The notes under the pieces were generated by a model, which worked only from the letters and a program-made list of their open reading frames with translations, was not told where the DNA came from and ran no database searches. A DNA stretch of 63,074 nt, filler included, from Asterionella formosa (taxonomy: Eukaryota): NCBI GenBank assembly GCA_002256025.1. It is 14 parts of 14 records of this genome, joined end to end, with 100 filler letters (N's around TTAATTAATTAA, not from the genome) between each part and the next. Parts side by side here need not be neighbours in the genome. Positions count along the whole stretch, not along the records: positions 1 to 22,573 come from NKIB01002683.1; positions 22,674 to 45,238 come from NKIB01002686.1; 12 more parts are not named here. One strand, given 5' to 3'. Both the position numbers and the translations under genes were made by a program. This document shows, piece after piece, positions 12,690 through 25,190 of the stretch (its first letter is position 1; each line of letters begins with the position of its first letter).

Positions 12690-15590
12690 AATAAAAATTG
12701 AAACAACAGTCAACATTGGCATTATCCATACAGCTAACATTGGGTGGTAACTACATCCATTCCACAGTTATTCCCCAAAAAGACTCTGGAGAAGGTCCTC
12801 GAAAGTTAGGCACATGACTGGCTCCCCAAGGAAACAACCTCGATGAATTGGCCATGTTAATCTCCAATGGACGTACTCTCAGTCACAACATGATAGAAGC
12901 TTCCAATCTCAGCAGGACAGATGTAATGTTGGCATACACTTCCATCCTGTCACCATCAATGAAATATCCAGCCACTATGCAGGGGGTCCACCTTCACAGT
13001 CACTGAAAGTGCCCAAATAGACAGGTCTTATTTGTCCACCTTCCTAAAACGAATGGGCTTCCACTCCATGACAAAAGTCTCCTATTTTTCGGCCCAACAT
13101 CCTTAGAATGTTTTGGCTTTACTGATACCAACACAGACACAGATCAAGGGATCTTCCAACTCCAGATACTACTATTAAGTCATATACGATGTCACAGCAA
13201 ATTGGGATTGTTAATTCGGATTCTAGCTAGTAGAAAGACTACAACTTGATATCATCAGCATTCCCAAAGACCCATTCACCTATTCCCCCAATATCTTCCT
13301 GTCATTTGCTGAGCGGTCTTGGATTACGAGCACATGGAAATTTATCTTCTCCCTTCAAGGGGCGATTAACCTCGAGGATTCATGGACCATCGGCCCTCAG
13401 TGAGAATTCGATGCAAATCTCATGCAGATATGGAAAACTCCACATTGGAACTTTACCCCCAAAACTCTCAAAAGGCTGAATGCCTGCCGCCTCTCTACCT
13501 CCGCGTGATTCCGGTAGCAGGCATTAGTGACTCCACCGGGTTGGAAATACCCACGCACATCTTGAAAGGTCACCGACATACAGATAGAATCAGTTCATAT
13601 ACATAGCCACATCGGGATTCCCCTTCCTCAAAGGCATGGACACTATGGCGCAAAATGCTAGGCCTTACCCTTATCAATCAATCAAGCGGAAGACTTCATA
13701 CTCCCCTGGGAAACTGGCTCTATCTTCCAGTACATCAGAAATGGAAATACTTCTTCGGTCCATCTCAGCCAACAGAGTCTCATCGAAGAAACGAAGAGTG
13801 GGATGTACAAGGTCCACAAACAAGCCCACAAAGTTTGTACCTTCCACACTTCTTATTCTGTCCATTTTCAGAGCCCACTCATGATGCATCCAGTCACAAT
13901 CACCGCGTAATCTTCAACGACAATCGAGATATCAGGCACAAAACCGACAGTGCACAGACAAAGACCATCTCCTCAAGTTCAGCCCATTGATACCACAATT
14001 GATGCATAAATTACCCAATCACCTCTTCCTTTGTTGCAGCATGCGATTGGGGACTATCATTCAACCCACACTTATCTGAATTCACAGACACGAATCTTCA
14101 AAATCACATGGCGATGGTGTCAGATGGTTCTGTCCTCGGGGCAATGGATGCAGCTCAGGGCTGGAAACTCTACAATCATACTACACAACTAAGTGCGTAT
14201 GGACACGGAAAGCGGGCGGTAGCCCTAGACACCATGTTGACTCTTCGTTCAGCTGTGACTCAAGAAAATCCTTCATATTTTCTAGATCTATAACTTGCTT
14301 GACCAGCCACAAGGCCCTAATCACTAGGATTAATTCATGGTCAACTCCAGGTCCTTCAGCAACCCTGGCTCCGGATTCTGATTTACTCAATTTGGCCATG
14401 ACCATCATGACAAAACATCAAATGTCCCTGATTACATATCACGTAAAATCTCTCCAGGATCAGGAGGTCGAGCACACCAACAATCTGCCGTGGCAGACGA
14501 AATTGAATTGTGATGTTGAGTAACTTGCTTCCTCACAAGCACGCCAGAATACCTGCACCAAAATTCAGCAACACCCATATCGGTCCCTTCCTGGGCATGG
14601 GGCCACATTTGTCCTGGATGAGAAATGGATCACTAGCCATCACTCCATGGCCATTCACGAGGCCAACTACCGCGACTTGGTATGAAAATACTTTATTTCC
14701 CGCACCGGTTGGGATACCAAAGAAATATATGACATGGTCGATTGGCCCGCCCAAGCACGGGCTGGCGACCAGGTTCCCCGCAACCAATGCATTACTGTCT
14801 TCAAAAAAAGGCGGAGTGAACCTGTTAGTACCGATGGTCGTTGCCCACGATGTGGCAGTTTTAATGAAGATTTTAATCACGTGGTTTGCTGCCAAAACAA
14901 ATTACCAGATTGGCAGAAGGCCTGGAGTGCATTCACCACAACAGCTAAGGGCCCCCAGCCCACCTGTCACTTTGTGTTCCATGCTTTCTGCAGGGGTATG
15001 GCATCATGGATAGAGGGACAGGCAGCACGTCACTTGGGCATGACCTATTCCTCAGCTCGACGATGACGAGGTTGGTCAACTCACATTCGAAGCCTTCCTC
15101 AACCAGCAAGAACAGCAAGATATCGGTTTGGATCAGGCTTGTTTCCACAGTAGAATGAGCCACCAATGGGACAAAGCGAAAACAAAGTATTGCCAGATCC
15201 ATGGCTGTCCTACAGACATCACTTGTGACATCCAATGGTCCTCTAACTTGATCAATGATATATGGACATTTAGTATTGACTGCTAGAAAGCCCAACAGAA
15301 CTTTTTGTATGGAGAATCCGATGATGAACATATCGCCATATTAAGCATGGAGGTAGATAAAATTATTACAAAGCAAGTATTCCAGCAATTCCGATCGAGC
15401 GAGTGCACCCCAATGACAGATCGTTATTCCTCCTTCCTGGGGTGGTTCGAATTAAACTTCATACACTGAGACAGAAATTGCTGTGGATTAAAACTGTTGA
15501 AACATTGTTAAGGGCATGGGACACTACTCAGACATCAATACAAGGCGAAAGAGCTCGGCTCCGCCTCACCCAACGATGGGAAATTTTATA
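12690..15590 (+). mobile_element. 5'-truncated, decayed non-LTR retrotransposon ORF2 (RT thumb, RNase H, C-terminal Zn knuckle), diatom Ambal-like architecture
   Basis: Motifs in order: RKLGT*LAPQGN, LFFGPTSL, WITSTWKFI, LNACRLYLRV..ISDSTG, VSDGSV (RNase H), YHVKSLQD, LNCDVE*LA, CPRCGSFNEDFNHVVCC, QQDIG. Many frameshifts. Confidence 0.75.
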
Positions 15591-15649
15591 GAGCCGCCGC
15601 CCCCACATACGCTTTCGCCCACTATAGGCTTTCTTTCTCTACGTTTTGT

Positions 15650-16990
15650 CTCTTCTGTGGGCACTAGTAGTCTGACTGGCCTGAAGAAGGGTTAAAAAAA
15701 TTGACAGAGCTGTCCGGTGTGTTGTTGTTAGGAGGCCTCATGGCCCTTGCCAACTCTGGCTTGATTCACCAGGTTGGTAGATGGAATGAGGTAGTGGTTT
15801 CATAACCATCACTGGTGAGAAAGGATGGACATCGTGTGTTCTTGTATTATTGGGAGGCGATGCATCCAAGTTCCATGTTTGTGATATCCTGGGTGCAAGT
15901 TTGTGAGCATTTCCATCATCATTACTAAGTTGCCTTTGATTTTTTCGGTATTATTTTTCATAGTTTGCACTGTTTCAGTTGGTTTTTCCTGGGCTGACTA
16001 ATTGCTAATCTAGGATGTTTGCTTGCATATGGAGGAGCTCACTTCTTATGGAGGCCATCTCTGACTGAACCTGCCTCCTGCCTGTTCTACAAACCATATG
16101 GAGTCAGCTGGTGTTATTTCTGATACCTCTTCAGGTGATTTCAAGATAGTGGCTGGAGTGTCTTTTGGCTGTCACTTGTGTTTTTTATGTGAAAGATGGT
16201 TGGAAACTCTTGTATACAGAATCAGGTCTCTGGTTGAGTTTGTTCGCGCGGAGACGACTTTGTCTGGTACTCAGAATGTCATTACTACTGCTGCTCAGAT
16301 CGCTATCCAAATTGGTATCTGGGTAATGTCGAGCTTTCTTTTGTACCTGTCTTGATTTAGATCTCTGGGTGTGCAGGTGAAGCTGTGTGGCTAGAGAATT
16401 TGCGATTCCATCTATATTTTCATCACCTAACGAAATTCTGGATGGTAGCATTTTGTGTGTGTTGGAATGTGGCGTCGGAGTAATGTTCAATGCCGCCGGA
16501 AAAGTAAAGTTGAGTTCTACAAAGAAAGCGTCCAGTTTAGTTGCTCCATTTTGTTCATGGGCTAGTTGTTGTTTTGGGTACAGTAATACATATTCTCGTC
16601 TTGGACCCATTGAAGTGGAGAAATAAGTTGTTTGCCATCAAGTCTGGAAAAATTTCTGGAAAAATTTCTTGTGATACTTGTAGGAGGTGGTATTGAATCC
16701 TGTACATCATCACAGTATTACGTGTGGTAGTGCTCATCAGAATGGTCGTATTGGGTTTAGCTAAGGCTGTGGGTCACTGCATCGAACATGTGATCCCCAT
16801 CCTTGTTTGTCATATTGCGTAACACCACTGCTACTGTTATCTCAAAGGTATTCTGTTGAATGGGGTCATGGTAAGTGATAATGTCCCCCAAGCCTCTTAG
16901 ATTGTGGGGTGTGACCATGAGTGCTGCTTGTTTTTCGAAAGCGGTCTGCCATCTGATAAACTTATCATTTGATTCTGCTGTGCTTTTAAG
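15650..16990 (-). pseudogene. Probable decayed LINE ORF1 (gag-like) remnant
   Basis: Minus-strand pieces KFIRWQTAFEKQAALMVTPHNLRGLGD...DGDHMFDAV and ORF 16185-16610 (EYVLLYPKQQ...LDAFF, followed by a low-complexity S/T/Q tail) resemble diatom LINE ORF1. Interrupted by stops. Confidence 0.35.
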
Positions 16991-17003
16991 AGTACTAGCT
17001 TAA

Positions 17004-17496
17004 GGGATGAATCACACCAATACTTGCGCCACACATCCTCGAACACATCTAAACTTGCTGGCAAGAGACCACCTCAGCAGGCGTGTCTTCCCTTCAGCAA
17101 AAATACCTACGTGAGACTTGAAGAGAACATTTTTGCATGCACAAATTCCGATTCCAATATTTTGGCGACTGTTGAAAAAGCCGAGATTGCTGGGTCGACT
17201 TGTTGGAGGAGGTTTGCTCTACATCTACGGGGTTTCATGAAGAATAAAATAGATAGCCATGTACCCTATAACGTCAGGAGTTAACTTCTGGAGAGAAGTG
17301 GCACTTATCCCCATTAGACTTTTTCAAAAGCTTCAAAGCCCCCCTCATTTTTGATAGTTTCGATTCCAAGAAAGATAACTACCACTTCTCTCCAGAAATC
17401 CTTAACATATCTGAATATAGATTATACCTTCAAGTCGAGCAATGACTGTATCTAAGCATTTGCAAAGTGGTCGTATTGGTTAAAGCTTATTTGTCC
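17004..17496 (+). mobile_element. ~490-bp TTAA-flanked non-autonomous element (Kolobok-like) with internal 16-bp inverted repeat
   Basis: TTAA at 17000-17003 and 17497-17500, GG...CC termini, degenerate TIRs sharing ACCAATAC, and an IR at 17286-17301 / 17382-17397. Internal similarity to 12330-12670 and to the 33-bp unit at 59084. Confidence 0.5.
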
Positions 17497-17965
17497 TTAA
17501 ACTATTTTATTTAGTAGTGCATACTTAGTAGAATGAAGTACATCATAAAAATATTTAGGAATACAACAGACCTCGCGATGTGTAACTCCGGGGCCGTGTA
17601 AAACCTTACATAGGATGAAAATCGCTTCCTCCTTGCTTGCTGTCGTCGTGCATCATTGTTACATAACAAGTTACCATCAGATATAACATGTAAAAACGCT
17701 GATGAGAAAGGAGGACTTCCCTTTCATCAGCATATTGCCTATAACGTGGTACCTGGTAGCTAATTTGTCAGAAAGTTCATCACTTCTGGCCTTTTCCTTT
17801 TACTGAAGTATTCAGTATTCACTGTTGTGCGCGACCTGTATCATTGTTTTCTACTTTTTCGTTTGTTACCAACAAAATTACAGAATTGATAACGTCGCCT
17901 TATCTATTTTGTTGCGACTGTCTCAGGAACTCCAATCCATATTTCGTGTTACAATTTGACTAATA

Positions 17966-18688
17966 ATGGAAGAAGTCCGATGGATAGAAGCGGAGGCATC
18001 GTGGTATCAAAGCGATGACGATGATAACGACGACCTCGCCATAGGTGACTTATTTGCAGATCCAGATCCCCGGGAAACATTTCAGCTTCAATTTGGCCCA
18101 CATACCATCACTTTGGAAGGTGTCAAGGCAGAAAATGGGCAAACACTAAATAGCACTGGGTTGACCCTGTGGAGAGCATCTCCGCTCCTATGCGATTATA
18201 TGTGGCAACACGCTGAAACGGAGATTCAGGGCAAACGAATCTTGGAATTAGGAGCTGGACTGGGATTATGTGGCATTTTGGCGAGTAAGCTGGGAGCTGC
18301 AACAGTTGTGTTATCAGATGGAGATACAGATACATTGCAGGAAATGCGGCATAATGTTCACCAGAACACAACTATCGCATCTGCCAATGATGATGCAGGC
18401 ATTTGCTGTCAACAACTAGTCTGGGGACAACGATTGAATGAATTTCACGAGAATTATGGATTATTTGATGTCATTCTTGCCAGTGATGTAATATATGTTG
18501 ATGAGATCTTGGATCCTCTCTTTGATACAATTGTGACTTTGATGAAACAAACAGGAAGGTTCCTTCTTTCTTACGCCCGAAGAAATGTGAATATTGAACT
18601 CGTTTTTAAATGTGCTGAATATCATGGTTTGCAATGGGCACAGCCGGATGGACCTGAAGGTGTATTTGTAATGCAAAGAAAACAATAA
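17966..18688 (+). CDS. Protein-lysine methyltransferase, METTL21/Methyltransf_16 family (240 aa)
   Basis: Intact ATG ORF with TGLTLWRAS..L..Y, motif I ILELGAGLGLCG, post-I VLSDGD, LVWG and motif II FDVILASDVIY. Confidence 0.93.
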   Translation: MEEVRWIEAEASWYQSDDDDNDDLAIGDLFADPDPRETFQLQFGPHTITLEGVKAENGQTLNSTGLTLWRASPLLCDYMWQHAETEIQGKRILELGAGLGLCGILASKLGAATVVLSDGDTDTLQEMRHNVHQNTTIASANDDAGICCQQLVWGQRLNEFHENYGLFDVILASDVIYVDEILDPLFDTIVTLMKQTGRFLLSYARRNVNIELVFKCAEYHGLQWAQPDGPEGVFVMQRKQ

Positions 18689-19079
18689 TTACCTGGACCT
18701 ATATTTGTGTGATTTGTGTATAACGGAAATCTTGTGCAGTATGATAACATCCGTCACTCCTCCTGCCGATAATTTTTCTTCTAAGCTCTAAATATATAGA
18801 TGTCAGTCATTACTAGTTACAGTAACAGCCTGGAGATTTGGCTTATGTTGCTTCCTTGCCAGTATTAGAACTATCATCCAAGCAATTGTTATACGTAACT
18901 CTCAATTTGGACATCCATCGACGCAAAAAGTTCTCCTATCAAACAGACAATGGGGAGAATACTGAGCCTATTGTTGCATTTACAACCCTAGGAGTGTTTT
19001 CTACAAACTAGGGTAAGCCGGGGGAGCAACCTTAATAGTGGTGCTGACATGCTTCATTTTTTCCGGTTAAACTTAGAAA

Positions 19080-19560
19080 GCTATCATCACAGCGGACCAC
19101 CAACGCACAATTCACCATCCCTTTCTGCTAGAATTCAATTCGCTGCTTCTACATCAGGTGATCAAGGGAAAATAGCTGGTGTTTCATTGACAACTTTGCC
19201 ATTTTTCACCATTGTCACAAATACCTCACCCTGATTTACCCAATGGCGTCTTCCGTGTAAAGAACATTGCAAATTCTGCTAGACGAAGAGCAAGAGTTCT
19301 AAGTTTCAAAGGTCAAGTACCCGTGTCAATTCTAAGGATTGATTTTTATTACAATGTTAAAATTGATAGTAATTTTTCTGGCCGAAGTATCCTTTTAAGA
19401 AGTAATCCAAAATGCAATAAAGATTCGAATGCAGGAATAACTGGCCATTAGTGGTTTGATCGAGTTAAAGTGGACTGGGAGAAGGGAGCTGGATCTAGTT
19501 CATACACAGTTCGAGCCAACTAACTTCAATGGGAAATCGTTATTTCTCCAATAATGCTGC
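19080..19560 (+). pseudogene. Diverged second-subfamily fragment of the Plavaka-like transposase C-terminus
   Basis: HPDLPNGVFRVKNIANSA...PVSILRIDFYYNVKI...DSNAGITGH*WFDRVKVDWEKGAGSSSY aligns with ORF 4734-5351 (HPDLPKGANYVKSIANTA...PVSIVRIDFYYHIKI...DSNAGISGREWCDWVEV..NWEKGDGSSSY). Confidence 0.8.
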
Positions 19561-19577
19561 CATTATGTTTGTCCCCA

Positions 19578-19670
19578 TTTTCCACTTTTTATAGCATAGT
19601 AAAACACAGAAGTTCCTATCTGCACTTTCTTGCCAGATGCTATATCCTGCCTTCATATAGAGTTGACCTA
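19578..19670 (+). repeat. Fragment of the 11746-12670 repeat family
   Basis: AGCATAGTAAAACACAGAAGTTCCTATCTGCACTTTCTTGCCAGAT...ATAGAGTTGACCTA matches 12554-12635. Confidence 0.7.
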
Positions 19671-20257
19671 CAAAATCAGCATGTGGAAAGGGTTGCAATA
19701 AAATGGTGAAGCTTCATTTAGAGTTATACATACGAATTAATCTTACTGGTGAAAAGTCTTTCTTGATGATGACTCTGAATGAATCTTGTATTTTAACCCT
19801 AGTTCGAGTTAGGAGTGGTTCATATGCAAGAACGTCAATATCATAAATATTGTTTGTACTGGGATGAGAAGTTTATGTAACCAAAAGATTATAATCTACT
19901 GTAGTAGTAATAGGAATCATCGAGGCAGAGTCAAGCGCATTCTTGGCGCTCACGCACTCTTGGTTGTTCACCACAAATGAGGATCAGCTAGCTATGCACA
20001 CCAAGGAACTAACTGCCGCTATTGGCCTCTCTCCATCCTCACCGACATGCCATTTCACCCACATTTTTTTCTTTTGCTGCAAAGCCCAAGGTGCTGCCAA
20101 TGTCTTGTACTATTATTAGTAGTATTCCTTGTGCGGGGATGAAAGGAAAGACTAAAGTTACAGTTACGATTTTCACTTCATCATTTGAAACGGAATCGAA
20201 GTACAAGTAGACAAAAATGATGGATTTATGTATAATAGCAGACTATAGTATTGAGAG

Positions 20258-22024
20258 CTAAGACAATGACAACGCACTTAGACCAACCAAATCTCTGTCA
20301 GAAAAATTCTCTCCCAATTTTAACTGAATAGTAGCAGTAACTACGTCCGATGAAAGGAACAACTTAGAACCAGATCGCAATGCCTCGTTCAGTTCATTCC
20401 ATTCCTCCATTGGCAACACAATTCTCACTGAGGCATTCTGGGAACTAGCAAGTCCAGAGTTCTCAGGTGGGGAATTCGACAAGTCATTATTTGGTTTCGT
20501 TTCAATAGGACAACAGAAATCTATCCCACTCCAGTTCCACTGGAGTGGGTCTGCCGTTATGGCGATTGGGATTGCTTTTTCTTCATAAATGACTTTGGCA
20601 ACATTGCGAAAGTGAAGAATGTCTAATTCGGATTCATCGTATACTGAGTCGTGGCTGTCTGCCAATCTTGTCTCCCAACTTACCAACCGAAGTAGCAAGC
20701 ATGTCTTGTGAGATTCCGCGACGACAGTCATCGTGTAAATGGCTTTGCTTTCAGCGTATCGAACTAGTTGGTGTGCCACGAAAGAAGCGACACAATAAGG
20801 TGATGGTAACTGCGGACCCGCTGAAAATAAAAGCCGATGCTTTAAAAGTCGCAGCGTTTCTGGTGACTCCAAGGAGGCAAATCCCAAAGTCGCACAACAT
20901 TGACTACAACACACTGTAGCTCCTCCCACCGAGTCTTTCCATCGTCGCTGTCCACGAAATGTAATGACATCGTCGCCTTCCGTAAGCGGAGCGCTGCTAC
21001 CACTCGTTACGTCTGCAACTTCACCATATCCTTCAATTGCCAACACACATAATGAATCTCCAACATCATCCTTATGAACCACCACGACAGTCGAATCTTC
21101 CATTACTGTCCCCTGTTGTGCGTGAGTGGACGACAACGAAAAATCAACAGAGGCTTGGCCTTCATAACAAATGAGATAGTCGGCGATTTCATCCCAATAT
21201 CCTGAGGGGAGGGGAAGAATTCTTTGAATGGTCGTTTGAAATAAATTCCTACGACACGATCGACACGACATGGAATCCATCACTTTGGGGGTTGTTGTGT
21301 TCGGTGGGTCCGTCATTTCGCTGGGGGATAGTGTCGATGATGACTGTAATCGGAAATACCAACAATCTCCCAATGACTGTATCTGGGTCAAGGCTTGCTG
21401 TACCAAGGAAACGGGAAAACAAATAGTGAACAAAGAAATCCCACCGTTCGACGATACATTCACAAGTGACGATGAAATATGTGATAATGACTCCACAGAA
21501 ACAGATACAGAAGTCGATGATGGAACGCTCAGCATGACTTGATAACATGATATATTGGGAGTCTCTTCAACCACATATCGAAAATCTCGATGTTGTGTGA
21601 TGGGAAAACTCTTTTTCACTTTCGTCATGATTCGCGGCGATTTTGGATATGGATTGGAATCAGTTGATACTGCGGGAAGCAATGGTGACAGCTTCGTCGC
21701 CTTGGCGCGATTGCTACGTGTTACGTCTTCCGTCGATTGCTTCTGTAAATGTTCCATTTCTACAGTTGCCATTTGGAATCGCTGATGGGCCTCTTCTATT
21801 GGCATGTTCCTGACATGAGATTGCAGTTCCCTCCATGCTTCTTGAGTTTCTACAGGACAGCAAAATCGTTTGTGAACCTTCCAAGCCTTGCGTTGACACA
21901 TCTGACTACAGAACCACGCAGCTTTGCATCTTGAACACCGCTTTAACGAAACTCCTTCCGCTGCTCGACAGTGCAGGCAATGGTGCTTGGCAGTCATACT
22001 ATCAAGAGAAGTATGTGGGTACAT
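20258..22024 (-). CDS. MYND zinc finger + UBE3D/HECT_2-like E3 ubiquitin ligase (588 aa)
   Basis: N-terminal CLHC...CSRCKAAWFCSQMCQRKAWKVHKRFC is a MYND finger. CRSCRRNL..RILPLPSGYWDEIADYLICY and a second CxxC (CSQCCATLG) followed by LRLLKHRL match the HECT_2 (UBE3D) pattern. Intact ORF. Confidence 0.8.
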   Translation of the reverse strand: MYPHTSLDSMTAKHHCLHCRAAEGVSLKRCSRCKAAWFCSQMCQRKAWKVHKRFCCPVETQEAWRELQSHVRNMPIEEAHQRFQMATVEMEHLQKQSTEDVTRSNRAKATKLSPLLPAVSTDSNPYPKSPRIMTKVKKSFPITQHRDFRYVVEETPNISCYQVMLSVPSSTSVSVSVESLSHISSSLVNVSSNGGISLFTICFPVSLVQQALTQIQSLGDCWYFRLQSSSTLSPSEMTDPPNTTTPKVMDSMSCRSCRRNLFQTTIQRILPLPSGYWDEIADYLICYEGQASVDFSLSSTHAQQGTVMEDSTVVVVHKDDVGDSLCVLAIEGYGEVADVTSGSSAPLTEGDDVITFRGQRRWKDSVGGATVCCSQCCATLGFASLESPETLRLLKHRLLFSAGPQLPSPYCVASFVAHQLVRYAESKAIYTMTVVAESHKTCLLLRLVSWETRLADSHDSVYDESELDILHFRNVAKVIYEEKAIPIAITADPLQWNWSGIDFCCPIETKPNNDLSNSPPENSGLASSQNASVRIVLPMEEWNELNEALRSGSKLFLSSDVVTATIQLKLGENFSDRDLVGLSALSLS

Positions 22025-22573
22025 AAATGAAACGATGTGCTGTGAGTAATAGTGACCGTGGTTGAATTTTTACCAGAAGTTGTCTTAAATATTTATGCCT
22101 ATATATAGGAAAAAGATATTTCGTCCCCCTATTTCGATATTTCGTCCCCCTCTTTTTATAAACCCTGAAACCCTAGCCTACATAGCCTTCATACAAACCA
22201 CCAATATTTTTTGCTACACGGAAATCAGTTGGCTCGTTGACACTGCCGTGACGGCTGCTACTCATACACATGCACATTATTTTGTTCGAATCAACTCTGA
22301 TGCCTCAACCAAAGCTGTCGGAGCCTATTGAGGACAATTCAGAGGAGGTACTGGACGGCCCTGTAAAGGCGTTCTACGGCGCTGTAATTCGATGATACAG
22401 AGCGCATTTGCGCACTTGAATGATCACCCATCGACCTTCGCTCAGTATACATGATGTCAAGGCGAGATTATTGTGGACCTTATCATCTTCTCTGGTTTCC
22501 ATAAAAAGAGCAACAGAGGGAAAGCGACGGTACATCCCAACGATGTTGTGTCAACTCAGGGTCAATCTTTGGG

Positions 22574-22673
22574 NNNNNNNNNNNNNNNNNNNNNNNNNNN
22601 NNNNNNNNNNNNNNNNNTTAATTAATTAANNNNNNNNNNNNNNNNNNNNNNNNNNNNNNNNNNNNNNNNNNNN
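22574..22673. other. Artificial contig linker N44-TTAATTAATTAA-N44. Identical linkers start at 45239, 46725, 48219, 49705, 51191, 52676, 54161, 55646, 57131, 58619, 60105 and 61590.
   Basis: Exact 100-bp construct with a six-frame stop core, present 13 times. Confidence 0.99.
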
Positions 22674-24169
22674 TCCTCTGCTTTCTCCAAATTCGGTCAC
22701 AATGATACACACCTGATTACCACCGGTATAAGATCTTTGCTTCGCATCTTTTAGCCCGGGGATGTACATACAGAACTAATTATAGCTACCGGTACTGTGT
22801 ATGAATTTGGTACCTGGTATCATGTTACATAGGTTGCAGGCAGAGGACGAAAATTTAAAAAAGTCCACTGGTAGTACAGTACCTGGTACCGGTAATTATA
22901 TTACCTGCACATGCCCTACTCAGAGTACCAGGTACTGGTACCTGTAGCGGGTTCCTGGTACCGTATACCTTGCAAGATCCGGTGAATAAGAAGTTTAGCT
23001 CTGTTTTCTTTGAAGTAAAAACCGTCTTTTACCGCAACTCCTCTCCCCAGTTCCAAGTATCCGGTACCAGGTACTCCACCAGGTTACCTCAGGCACCACC
23101 TGGCTGTACGTACAGCCATGGTTGAGGTGGTTCTCCTTCTGTCCAATATTTGTTGCATTGATAATTCAAATTTCTCTGGGGACATTTTGATTCCTATGAT
23201 TTTCTCAGGTTCAATTGTTGCCGTAATGTGTGGCTTGCCCTCAGCTACAGATCCAAAGATATAATATATATATCGAAAGCTTAAAATCGGCAACCACATG
23301 TGAAAAAAGTTTTTTTGGTGCTTTTTCGATTTTCAGCCACTTTTGCCCATCTCAAGCAAAATGCAGATGCATGAGGACCTGTTTTTCTTCAAACCATCTA
23401 TTCCAGCATACATAAGAAGTAGGGTCTAACAGTAGAACAATGGCATCTCGCTTTCCATCATGGATTGCGCAACAACCATGAAAGTGGCAATGATGGAAAG
23501 GAAGAAAATGATGATATGCTTGTTTGAGGATTGGAACAGTTGAATATCTGGAGGTATGGTCAATGTAAATTAAAAGACCATAGAAAGAATATGGAATGAT
23601 AGATATTCTATTCATATTATTATTATTATCATTATGAAAGTGATGTGTTATATTCAGTTTCCCACAAATATTTGAGTGGCCAGCTAATGTAAAACAGCAG
23701 TTGGTGATATGTACATGCACACAATGAATATATGTATGTTCAAATGGCTTCGATACATTTCTTATTAAGAGACTAATAATTTAATTGTAGAAGCAGAGTA
23801 ACTCATAAAATACGCATTTTTCGAGTAAGCCGACACTCATCATGTAGAAAATGGTATGTTGTCTAGTACATAATACATCCTAAAAAAGCTGCTCAGCACT
23901 TGGAGTTCGGAAAATTGATGCAACTAATATTGTACAGCGAGAGTACTTGGTACTTCCAGATACTTCTATTATTAGTTGCATTGATTTGCAGCAACTCAAG
24001 TGCTGAGCAGCTTATTTTTCGGACTGATCATGTGGAGAAAAATTCTACAAAACAATTTAGCATAGCACATATATTCATTGGGTGCATGAATATACATAGC
24101 AATGCTTGTGCTTTTTTGCTATTATGATTGATTTCATTCATCATCATCATAATCATCATCAAAACAGAT

Positions 24170-24560
24170 GATGACATGAATGACATTCCTGCCTCTGATG
24201 GTCAGATACTTGGCTTGATGGCAAGCAATACTGGTTGCAGCTGTGTGCATCATTTTCATTGTTACAGATCAACTGTGAAAATTGGATCTGTGGTCTTCTT
24301 CAATTGGTGTACAATGCTGGACAAGGTCCTCCACGAACTGGAGGATGCAATCCAGGTGACAAGGGACTCTGACCTCCATCCACAAGGTCAAAGGTGCAGA
24401 GTTGGGTACCTTTACAGGAGTATTGCTCATGACAAAATCGATGCAAGGCAGTGTGTTAATCATACTATCTTCTGTAGTTGTTGATATGCTAAAAGATTCT
24501 AAGGAGCACAAGAAAAGAAGAATGAATGTGCGAGGTTATGGAGTTGTTCTATTTATGTTT
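24170..24560 (+). pseudogene. Decayed HIRAN-like 'GRSCxxH..C' protein commonly transposon-associated in stramenopiles
   Basis: DGQILGLMASNTGCSCVHHFHC...AIQV...RCRVGYL.R pattern, frameshifted at the 3' end. Family link is from recall. Confidence 0.45.
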
Positions 24561-24879
24561 CTAGAAAAAATCATCAAGATTGAAGATGCTGGAAGTCATC
24601 GAAATAGATGATCATTTATATTAGAGTAATTCTACTGCTGTGTCGATAAAATGGTTGAGCAATAATTGAAGTTCTAAAATAGCTATAGCATCTGCATGAA
24701 GAACCATTAACGACCAGTGCTAGCATATATATTTATTTAAGAAAAGGGAAATTCTGTGTTTCCAATGCAGCCAAAATGGCGCCGGAGACAACCCCCCTTA
24801 CCAGCACACCCTGCTATTAAAACTGATTGTCCAGGAATGTTCTGGCCAATTCAATTGCTGCTTCTCTTAGTACTGGTAA

Positions 24880-25190
24880 CCTGTCTGGAAGCATCCCTGC
24901 CCGATCGAATGCTGCCTCCCCCTTGGGTGGTATATCATAGTTTTTTGTTGTCATTAACCAAAATGATTTCCTCCAAGCAACCCTGTAATGTTAAAAAAGA
25001 ACAATTTAAAATTTTCTGATCAAAGGAATTGAATGCTACCTGCACTGCCTCTATCAATCCATCAACATGATCGCTGTTAGCTTCCTCCACTGAGTCCAAT
25101 TGACCTGACTGTAATGCCCTGAAAAAGGATAGATCCCTGATATTTCAATCTGGACTGGTATTAATTCCCTATAGTATTCAATTCCACATT
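24880..25190 (-). pseudogene. Tc1/mariner (plant-type DD39D) transposase C-terminal remnant
   Basis: Minus-strand NTSPD*NIRDLSFFRALQS...VDGLIEAVQVAF...FLTLQGCLEEII matches the NSPDLNVLDLGFFRAIQS...LI.AV..AF...FLTLQ.C..E motif of plant/oomycete mariner-like transposases. Not present in the ORF track. Confidence 0.8.

Noticed and set aside
12220..12729. 169-aa ORF and the shared 'DSDSDILETVKKAD'-like peptides at 12234, 17024 and 57386
   Set aside because: These arise from a non-coding repeat family. The frames are short and end differently between copies, with no convincing codon-level conservation.
22113..22152. Two-copy GATATTTCGTCCCCCT direct repeat ~90 bp upstream of the MYND gene
   Set aside because: Could be a promoter motif or a TE terminus, but the contig ends shortly after and nothing discriminates between them.
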